Assembly (NCBI GenBank): GCA_902797125.1
Contig: CADBRS010000177.1
Coordinates: 1 to 33,880 of the forward strand
Source: an uncultured Ruminococcus sp.
GTDB taxonomy: Bacteria; Bacillota; Clostridia; Oscillospirales; CAG-272
Direction of reading: 5' to 3'
Length of the DNA stretch: 33,880 nt
The translations under genes and the position numbers were made by a program. Below the pieces are notes generated by a model. The model was not told the DNA's origin, searched no databases, and saw only the letters and a list, made by a program, of their open reading frames with translations. This document shows, piece after piece, positions 17,700 to 24,722 of the stretch (the first letter of the stretch is position 1; each line of letters begins with the position of its first letter).

Positions 17700-20207
17700 T
17701 TATTTCACTTCGAAACTGTAAGTTTCGCCGCGGATCTGAACATTGCTCACAGAGCCCTGGGCACCTTGCAGAGTAATAGACGATACGGTTGCATAGGAGA
17801 ACCCGTTCATCATCAGTACACTGTCGATCATCATGGCGCAGCCGAACATCGCCGGGCGTACACCTGTGCCGACAGGAATGTCCGCATTGGTATAGTTTTC
17901 CGCGAACATGCCGCAACGGACGACGTCGCGGGCGCAAACCTCGGCAAGGACGGCTGCCTTTTCCGTTTCTCCGACCTTTTGCAATCCGAGGATGGCCTGA
18001 CTGATTTCAGGATACTTAACGCCCGCAAGCCCCGCCAAAGTCTTCTTCGAGGAATACTCGGTGTTGAACCGTTTGATCAGGGCGGCGATATGCGCTTCGT
18101 CCAATCCGTCCACCATCAATCCTTTGGTGGTCCAGATCGTGCAGCCCGGCGTCCTGGCCAGCGTTATCTTGTTGCAGTACTGATACACGTTTCCGCCGTC
18201 AAAGTTCCATCTGTAGTAGTTGGAGAGCAGTGCGTCATGCTTCTCTTCCCATTCGGAAATTTTTTCCGTTTTTTCGAGAATCTCAGATATTTTGATCATA
18301 TATTCGATGTCTACCAATGCTGACGCAACGAAATCTGCATCCGCAGAATTCACATCGTTGTGATCCAAATATATCCATCGCGGATTTTCGATCCGCCAAT
18401 CCAGATAGTGGGCGATATTGTCATAAAGTCCGGCCAGCGCCTCTTTGTCTCCGGTCAGCTCGTACAGAAGCCATGCGGAATGCGCTTTTTCAGAAGGCAG
18501 ACTTTCACCGCCGAGCAATCCGTCTTCATCCACCAGGCTGATCAGTCCTTTCAGCGCGGCCCATGCCGTATCGGGTTGCACATATCCAAGCAGTTGGATC
18601 CCGAAGAAGCTTTCCCAGGATGCACTGTACGCGGCCTCAGGCGCACCGTATGCCCACATGGAGGGTTTGCCGCAGCAGACCTGAGGATACGGATAATTCA
18701 GTTCCGGATTTTCAGGAAGTATGTTTTGCGCCAGAAAGATCCACGCGGTGTAGTAGTATTTCTTCACGTCGTTTGCTTTCACATTCATGCTGCTGACGGT
18801 TTTGAAATCAAAACTTGAGGGACGAGGTACAAGCATCAGATAATCTTCCCACATCCTTTTCCGTTCGTTTCTGATCGTTGGGTAGTCTTTTGAAAGAACG
18901 TCAGAGGCATGATCTGCCAACTGTTGAGACGAAACTGCATCTGTCTCGATGCAGATCGCCACATTCAACTCAGTTCCTTCTTTGACGCCCTTCAATCTCC
19001 AAACCATGTACTGCGCAGTTGCTTCACAGTCCGGGCTTCCGTCAGCGTCAGCCAATGCATGATTGTAATCTGAATAAAAGCGTGGCGATGCGGTCAGATC
19101 CGTCCGGATCACATAACTGTAATTCCCATGCTCGACTCTCAAGGTATGAGAAGATGAATCATATGTCGGTGTTCCAGCAATCCTGGCCATCAAAACGAGA
19201 TTTCCGGTTTGGGCCACCGTGATGTGTCTCAACACGGTTCGCTCATCTGCAAACAGATCTGTTCCTTCAACTTTTAGCCCCTTCGGATAGACCGCATTGA
19301 ACTCCAGTTCGGAAGGCGTCCAGGCCGTGGAAGAGTACTGGGCCGTCTCGCATTCACTTTCCACGAAATCGATGCTTAGCCTGCTCATCGTGACTGTACA
19401 GTCATATCCGATCTCAAACAGTTTGATCTGTCCGACAAACCGATCTTTGCGGTTGAGTATTTCGGAAAGATTCAGGCTGAAAGTCCCCGTTTTAGTCGTA
19501 TCTTTAATGAGAACCTCGTCCACCTTGCCTTTTTCGCAAACTTTGAGCGCCCATCCATTCTCGCAGGAATCGACCGTCACCGTCAGGATCGGATCATCAG
19601 ACAGATCCACATCGATATCCGCTGCAGCATATTGCCACGGCACATTCGCGCCGGACTGCACGGTCAGTTTTAAAACGCCATCTTTGACGTCCAATTGAGT
19701 ATAGGATCCTCCGGATGTGGTCCATCCGCTTTTGCTTTCCAGATTGGCCTGAAAAATCGTTTCTACACCGCCAACCGTGGCCCCTTTTTCATACAAAGTG
19801 ATCAGATCTTCCAGCCACTCTCCCGAGCCCGATGTCGAATAGGGAGAAAGGAAACCCAGGTTCAGAGGCATCGAGGGCCGATCTGAGTAAGCGGCCTCAG
19901 TCGTGCCTTCCGCAACATTGAAATTGTGTGGATTGATGACGATTCTGGAAAACGGGAGACTCAGCCACCGCTGCTTGTTCTTTCCCGTTTGCTTCAAAGA
20001 CTCCCAACTGATCGGGAGATCGTATTCCCTGTCTTCATTTTTCATGGTTTCTGTTTCCTCTCCTCCGATTGCAGTTTGGCTTTCTAACTGTGATTCGGTC
20101 ATGCTCTGATCGACGTCTTCCTGCACTTCGGATCCGCAACCCGAAGCAAAAGGCAAAACCAGCATAATCAGGCATAAAACAATTACGATCAATCGCTTGA
20201 TTCTCAT
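17700..20207 (-). CDS. Secreted lipoprotein, 835 aa. The C-terminal half resembles an (alpha/alpha)6-barrel glycoside hydrolase (GH63 / MGH1 / trehalase-like); the N-terminal half is unassigned
   Basis: ORF 17700..20261 trimmed to ATG 20205-20207 (MRIKRLIVIVLCLIMLVLPFASGC, a signal peptide plus lipobox ASGC) with an AAAGGA SD. The C-terminal half contains SASWESFFGIQLLGY...LVDEDGLLGGE and FAENYTNADIPVGTGVRPAMFGCAMMIDS, which resemble the WDS-type and E..Y...G...FGWS-type motifs of that fold. The functional call is from memory of these motifs only. Confidence 0.6.
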   Translation of the reverse strand: MRIKRLIVIVLCLIMLVLPFASGCGSEVQEDVDQSMTESQLESQTAIGGEETETMKNEDREYDLPISWESLKQTGKNKQRWLSLPFSRIVINPHNFNVAEGTTEAAYSDRPSMPLNLGFLSPYSTSGSGEWLEDLITLYEKGATVGGVETIFQANLESKSGWTTSGGSYTQLDVKDGVLKLTVQSGANVPWQYAAADIDVDLSDDPILTVTVDSCENGWALKVCEKGKVDEVLIKDTTKTGTFSLNLSEILNRKDRFVGQIKLFEIGYDCTVTMSRLSIDFVESECETAQYSSTAWTPSELEFNAVYPKGLKVEGTDLFADERTVLRHITVAQTGNLVLMARIAGTPTYDSSSHTLRVEHGNYSYVIRTDLTASPRFYSDYNHALADADGSPDCEATAQYMVWRLKGVKEGTELNVAICIETDAVSSQQLADHASDVLSKDYPTIRNERKRMWEDYLMLVPRPSSFDFKTVSSMNVKANDVKKYYYTAWIFLAQNILPENPELNYPYPQVCCGKPSMWAYGAPEAAYSASWESFFGIQLLGYVQPDTAWAALKGLISLVDEDGLLGGESLPSEKAHSAWLLYELTGDKEALAGLYDNIAHYLDWRIENPRWIYLDHNDVNSADADFVASALVDIEYMIKISEILEKTEKISEWEEKHDALLSNYYRWNFDGGNVYQYCNKITLARTPGCTIWTTKGLMVDGLDEAHIAALIKRFNTEYSSKKTLAGLAGVKYPEISQAILGLQKVGETEKAAVLAEVCARDVVRCGMFAENYTNADIPVGTGVRPAMFGCAMMIDSVLMMNGFSYATVSSITLQGAQGSVSNVQIRGETYSFEVK

Positions 20208-20365
20208 ATCAATCCTTTCATCTGGACTAGTGTTGAAACGGTTCGGCAAAAGCACGACCATGCATAGTTTAACACGTCAGGTTCAAAAAGTGAATACGCA
20301 CTGGGCATTATCCGTATCGCAACTCATCATTTTGTGTTTTTTTCACCCGGAATCACACAAATCTA

Positions 20366-20393
20366 TTGAAATATGGTAAAATATGCTTAATAT
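20366..20393 (+). promoter_or_regulatory. Candidate sigma-A promoter for the membrane-protein/HTH pair: TTGAAA - 16 nt - TAATAT
   Basis: The -35 TTGAAA is at 20366-20371 and the -10-like TAATAT at 20388-20393, about 58 nt upstream of ATG 20451. The hexamer matches are moderate. Confidence 0.35.
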
Positions 20394-20450
20394 TTGAGGA
20401 AGGGAGTCAAACCGAATCATTTTTCAGTCTTCGGGCAGAGTTAATTTCAC

Positions 20451-21338
20451 ATGAACAAAAGCAAATTCTATTTGTACAAAATGATCGCTCCGGCATCCAT
20501 GGTTTTGGTTACATCCGGGTATATTCTGTCCGCTCTGACCTCATTCGACTCGGAGTTGATGTATTTCAATAATTCCTTCTTCCTGTGGTTCGCACGAACC
20601 TGTCTGGCTCTCTCGCTGATCGCTCTTACAGCATGGCCAATCCTGTTCAGAGAAATGGAGTTGAACATCTCCGACGTCAACGAAAAAGTCCCTTCGCCTT
20701 TTCATGCTTTTTCGCTACTTCTCCCGGCATTGGGTTTTCTGTTCTGTGCGGTTCAGCCCCTTAATACTTCCACTCCCTCATGGGCTCTGTTCATGCTGAA
20801 AGCCGCTGCGGTCATCTCTGCCCTCTTCGCAGTGACACAATTCATCTTTTGTGTCTACAGCCGCTTTAACCGGAAATTGGCTCTGGCTCTTCGGTTCATA
20901 TCGGGAATCTGCGCATTTATCTGGTGTCTTGTCATGATCTATTTGACATACATCGATGTCACTGTCACTCTCAATTCTCCTGCCAAGCTCCTGCCCCAGT
21001 TTGCTCTGTTCAGTATCATGATGGTCGTCGTTTCCGAATTGCGGGTCGCCATCGGCGCAAATAAAGGGCGGTTCTGGTTTTTTTCTCTCAGTTTGGCAAC
21101 GGTTATGTGCAGTGCGGCGGGCTTCCCCTTTTTCGCATACTACATTACGAGGAAAGACTATCACAGCATATACTTTGCAATGTCCGTGCTATGCATGACT
21201 TTTGCATTGTACAGTCTGCTTAGGCTATATACCGGTATCCGTTCACCTGAGGAATCAAAGCCTGAGGAGCAAGATAACTTGCCAGAGGCGGTTTCTTCTG
21301 AAGACACAGCAGGTGCAGATGAAGGAGGCAATGCATGA
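20451..21338 (+). CDS. Integral membrane protein of unknown function: about 8 predicted TM helices and an acidic C-terminal tail, 295 aa
   Basis: The ORF-track translation shows about 8 hydrophobic 20-25-aa stretches by eye. The tail is PEESKPEEQDNLPEAVSSEDTAGADEGGNA. I recognise no family motif. The SD before ATG 20451 is weak, and the upstream in-frame stop at 20442 prevents a longer N-terminus. Confidence 0.7.
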   Translation: MNKSKFYLYKMIAPASMVLVTSGYILSALTSFDSELMYFNNSFFLWFARTCLALSLIALTAWPILFREMELNISDVNEKVPSPFHAFSLLLPALGFLFCAVQPLNTSTPSWALFMLKAAAVISALFAVTQFIFCVYSRFNRKLALALRFISGICAFIWCLVMIYLTYIDVTVTLNSPAKLLPQFALFSIMMVVVSELRVAIGANKGRFWFFSLSLATVMCSAAGFPFFAYYITRKDYHSIYFAMSVLCMTFALYSLLRLYTGIRSPEESKPEEQDNLPEAVSSEDTAGADEGGNA

Positions 21339-21895
21339 GCTCAGCATCTCCAATTCGGATCCAGTGGCTGCATAAAAAAATCGCTGCTCAACTATACCCG
21401 AATGTCAAATCGCTATCCGACCGCTATCACATCAGTCTCAGGCAAGCTCAGCGGGATATCAGTTACCTGAAAGACGAGTTGAACGCTCCTGTCCGTTACG
21501 AGCCTTCCAAAAAGGGGTATGTTTACACACAGCCGTACACTCTGCCATCTTTCATCACAAACGAAAATGACGAGGCCTTCATGGATATTGACTCGGACGA
21601 GTTGTCCATAACGGATACAGCGAGTCTATCCGAGTTGTCCGGTTTCCAAATGCAGCTTCCCAGTTTTTGCACAGTGGCCATCAAAGATAAGCTGGCAGTG
21701 ATGGAGCTCAACAAATATATTTCCGCTACGAAAGCACCCGGCGTTTATGAATGCACCTATCGGAACGTGGATCATTTTTTGGGAGTCCTCATGTCGCTTC
21801 CGGCGCATTTCAGAATTATTGAACCCGAATGGCTGCGTGAAAAAATGATCAAAAACGCCAAGCGCATTCTTGAAAACAACGAGGATGCCAATTGA
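21335..21895 (+). CDS. Small HTH transcriptional regulator, YafY/WYL-family-like at both ends but apparently lacking the WYL ligand domain, 186 aa
   Basis: A strong GAAGGAGG SD lies 6 nt before the ATG, and the ATG overlaps the upstream TGA (ATGA). The N-terminus (IRIQWLHKKIAAQLYPNVKSLSDRYHISLRQAQRDISYLKDELNAPVRYEPSKKGYVY) resembles the HTH_11-type winged helix of YafY-like proteins. The C-terminus (FRIIEPEWLREKMIKNAKRIL) resembles their WCX end. The assignment is by motif resemblance only. Confidence 0.6.
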   Translation: MSSASPIRIQWLHKKIAAQLYPNVKSLSDRYHISLRQAQRDISYLKDELNAPVRYEPSKKGYVYTQPYTLPSFITNENDEAFMDIDSDELSITDTASLSELSGFQMQLPSFCTVAIKDKLAVMELNKYISATKAPGVYECTYRNVDHFLGVLMSLPAHFRIIEPEWLREKMIKNAKRILENNEDAN

Positions 21896-21914
21896 AGATC
21901 AAACAGGACTGTTT

Positions 21915-21950
21915 CGGGGTCTCCCGCTTGTCGGGGAGATCCCGTTTTTT
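21915..21950 (+). terminator. Rho-independent terminator after the HTH gene
   Basis: Stem CGGGGTCTCCC / GGGAGATCCCG (one G-U pair) followed by TTTTTT (21945-21950). It lies 20 nt after the stop at 21895. Confidence 0.8.
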
Positions 21951-21957
21951 ATGACAA

Positions 21958-22010
21958 ACGGGAGTATCAAGAATCGTTACCGACTGCTTGGTACTCCCGT
22001 GTTTTCTCTT
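21958..22010. terminator. Long hairpin in the convergent gap; possible terminator for hisS
   Basis: 9-bp stem ACGGGAGTA (21958-21966) / TACTCCCGT (21992-22000), with further pairing inside the loop (CAAG/CTTG). On the plus strand GTTTTCTCTT follows. On the minus strand the run that follows (TTGTCAT) is only weakly T-rich. Confidence 0.4.
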
Positions 22011-22011
22011 A

Positions 22012-23367
22012 TTACATCTGAACGATAGGCTTGTCTGAAGACTGTGCGATCCGTTCTTTTAAACGGGCTACGCAGTCTGCATAATCCATTTTTGACTGAT
22101 CTCCGCTCGTCATGTCTTTCAACGAGATCAGACCTTCCTTGATCTCATCCTCTCCGAGGAAAATGACATAAGGAACAGCCATCCTGTCAGCATAATGCAT
22201 CTTGCTCTTGAACTTGCCGCTCTCCAGATACAGCTGGGTTCTGATCCCTTCCGCTCTCAACTTTTCAGACAACGCGATGGCATCGCCCAAATCATCCGTC
22301 ATGGGCATGATCATCACATCCACGGCAGAACCGTTTGAACCGCTCAGATATTCTTTATCATTGAGGATAAAGAACAGCCTCGTCAAACCGATCGACATGC
22401 CTACGCCCGGAAGTTTTCTGTTCGTATAGTACTCAGCCAGATTGTCATACCTGCCTCCGGAACAGATGCTGCCGATTTCAGGATGCTTCAGCAGCGTCGT
22501 TTCATACACTGTTCCGGTGTAATAGTCCAATCCCCGAGCGATCGACAAATCGATCGTATAGTGAGTATCGGGCAATCCGAAGGCCCGGACAGCCCCAACG
22601 ACCGCCTTCATGTCGGCCAAGCCTTCATCAAAGAGATCGTTTTTCCCTGCAAACGTATCCAGTTTTGCAAAAATCTGTTCTTTGGTCCCTTTGAAGGCAA
22701 TCAGTTCAACGATGCTTTCGCACGCTTTGGGTCCTACCCCCAGATCTTTCAATTCCTCTTGAACTTTTTCGATCCCGATTTTGTCGATCTTGTCCACAAT
22801 GCGCAAAATATCAGCCGTCCTGTCCCGCACCTCCATCATGTCAAAGAATCCGGACAGGATTTTTCTGTTGTTCATACGGATCACGAAATCTTCAATACCC
22901 AGTTTGGTCAGAATATGGTAGATGATACTTGGGATCTCGGCATCATGAAAGATGCTGAGTTTCCCGTCTCCGATGATATCGATATCGGCCTGGTAAAATT
23001 CTCTGAAACGTCCTCTTTGTGCTCTCTCTCCTCTGTACACTTTTCCAATCTGATATCTGCGGAAAGGAAAAGCAAGATCCGGAGCATGCAGCGCGACATA
23101 TTTGGCGAGCGGGACGGTCAGGTCAAATCTCATCGTTAAGTCAGAGTCGCCTTTGTTGAAACGATAGATCTGCTTTTCTGTTTCGCCGCCTGCCTTTGCC
23201 AATAAGATCTCAGAAGATTCAAGAACAGGTGTGTCCAGAGGTGTAAAACCGTACAGGCGATAAACGTTTTCAAGCACGCTTTTAATCTGTTCGAATTTTT
23301 GTTGCTCCCCTGGAAGAAGTTCCATGAACCCGGGCAGTGTTCTGGGTTCGACAATAGTTTTTTCCAT
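22012..23367 (-). CDS. hisS: Histidine--tRNA ligase, 451 aa (long form)
   Basis: Trimmed from a TTG to ATG 23365-23367 (MEKTIVEPRTLPGFMELLPGEQQKF...), with GGAG 9 nt upstream. It has the class II motif 2 region YQIGKVYRGERAQRGRFREFYQADIDIIG and a C-terminal anticodon-binding domain. Confidence 0.9.
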   Translation of the reverse strand: MEKTIVEPRTLPGFMELLPGEQQKFEQIKSVLENVYRLYGFTPLDTPVLESSEILLAKAGGETEKQIYRFNKGDSDLTMRFDLTVPLAKYVALHAPDLAFPFRRYQIGKVYRGERAQRGRFREFYQADIDIIGDGKLSIFHDAEIPSIIYHILTKLGIEDFVIRMNNRKILSGFFDMMEVRDRTADILRIVDKIDKIGIEKVQEELKDLGVGPKACESIVELIAFKGTKEQIFAKLDTFAGKNDLFDEGLADMKAVVGAVRAFGLPDTHYTIDLSIARGLDYYTGTVYETTLLKHPEIGSICSGGRYDNLAEYYTNRKLPGVGMSIGLTRLFFILNDKEYLSGSNGSAVDVMIMPMTDDLGDAIALSEKLRAEGIRTQLYLESGKFKSKMHYADRMAVPYVIFLGEDEIKEGLISLKDMTSGDQSKMDYADCVARLKERIAQSSDKPIVQM

Positions 23368-23368
23368 A

Positions 23369-24718
23369 TTATTCAACTCCGTTGTGTTTCGCCATTAATT
23401 GTCTGGCATTTGCCAGCATCAGCTTCAGTCTGTTTTCCTGATTGATCCTGGTCGCCCCTGCATCATAATCGATCGCAACCAGATTGACGTCTGGGCACCG
23501 CTCTTTCACCGGTTTCATCATTCCCTTCCCGACGATATGATTGGGCAGACATCCGAAAGGCTGCGTGACAACGATATTCTCGATGCCCATGTCGGCCAGC
23601 TCCAGCATTTCTGCCGTCAGAAGCCACCCTTCGCCCATTTTGACCGCATGAGAGATCACCCCGTCCACCAACTGTTCTGTATGCGGGAACAGCGGCATCG
23701 GCCGGAACGAACTATATTGAGTAATCAGTTCTGAAATCTCTTTCTGCTTTTTCGTCAGATACGGATAGATCATTGACCCGATCAGGGCCGTTCCCCTCTT
23801 GATGCCGTAATAGGCATAATCGTACTTCATGTTTGCCACGCAATACATGATGAAATCCATCAATCCGGCCAAAACAGGTTCTGCACCTTCGGCGATCAGG
23901 TATTTTTCGAGTTCGTTGTTGCCCAAAGGTGAAAACTTGACAAAGATCTCGCCGACTATCCCGACCCTGACCTTTTTCTCATTGGTTTTCGGCAGGGCCT
24001 CAAAGTCTTTGATGATCTGGATATAATTCTGCCGAATGTGCCTTTTACTCATCCGTAAATGGGATATGTCGTCTATGATCGTATCGACCCACCGTGACGC
24101 AAGTGCATCAGCAGAACCTTTTTCTATCTCGTAGGGTTTGGACTGATTGACCAGACACATGAGCAGATCTCCGTAATAGAGAACGTACATGATGTCCCTC
24201 AGTTCCCGCGCAGATACCGTAAAACCGGGATTTTTCTCCAATCCGGCGAAGTTTACGGAAATGACAGGAACATAGTCATATCCGGCTTTTTTCAGTGCCT
24301 TGCGGGCCAGATGGATATAGTTGGAAGCTCTGCATCCGCCCCCTGTCTGAGGATAGAGAAAAGCGATTTTATGAGGGTCGTAATCTCCGCTCTGCAATGC
24401 TTCCAGCATCTGTCCTATGATCAATTGGGCCGGATAGCAAATATCATTGTGGACATTGAGTAACCCCGCATCAATGACTTTTCTGCTGTCTCCGTGAAGG
24501 CCGTATTCCATCAATACCGCATTGTAGCCGTAAATCCGAAGCACTCTGCACGCAAGTTCGAGATGGATGGGCAGCATATTCGGCATCAGAATCGTGTGAG
24601 TTGCCTTCATCTCTTTGGTGAAAACAGCCCGAGTCGTTTCTCGTTTGTCGCATCTGAGCCGGCAGTCAGCGCAAGACTCTGCCTCGCAGTTTTTCGGGAT
24701 GATTTTTTGTTTTCCCAT
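23369..24718 (-). CDS. Cys-rich partner protein of the activase fusion (DUF2229 / 2-hydroxyacyl-CoA-dehydratase-related family), 449 aa, function unknown
   Basis: The N-terminal motif is C11-x4-C16-x2-C19-x3-C23 (CEAESCADCRLRC). The start is 4 nt after the stop of the upstream 994-aa gene, and the stop (23369-23371) is 1 nt before the hisS ATG. The family assignment is from memory of how such partners are usually annotated. Confidence 0.6.
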   Translation of the reverse strand: MGKQKIIPKNCEAESCADCRLRCDKRETTRAVFTKEMKATHTILMPNMLPIHLELACRVLRIYGYNAVLMEYGLHGDSRKVIDAGLLNVHNDICYPAQLIIGQMLEALQSGDYDPHKIAFLYPQTGGGCRASNYIHLARKALKKAGYDYVPVISVNFAGLEKNPGFTVSARELRDIMYVLYYGDLLMCLVNQSKPYEIEKGSADALASRWVDTIIDDISHLRMSKRHIRQNYIQIIKDFEALPKTNEKKVRVGIVGEIFVKFSPLGNNELEKYLIAEGAEPVLAGLMDFIMYCVANMKYDYAYYGIKRGTALIGSMIYPYLTKKQKEISELITQYSSFRPMPLFPHTEQLVDGVISHAVKMGEGWLLTAEMLELADMGIENIVVTQPFGCLPNHIVGKGMMKPVKERCPDVNLVAIDYDAGATRINQENRLKLMLANARQLMAKHNGVE

Positions 24719-24722
24719 ATAA

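Noticed and set aside
20395-20454. A strong SD-like element GAGGAAGGGAG (20395-20405) with no ATG/GTG/TTG at a suitable distance. A 12-codon frame starting at ATC 20416 would end in a TGA overlapping the ATG at 20451.
   Set aside because: It would need a very rare ATC/ATT initiation codon. The purine-rich element may simply be part of the 5' UTR, and a CCGAA/TTCGG hairpin follows it. It is noted as a curiosity but not called as a leader peptide.
23368-23400. A possible T-box leader upstream of hisS.
   Set aside because: Only 1 nt separates hisS from the upstream coding sequence, so no leader can exist there. The consequence is reported as a finding instead.
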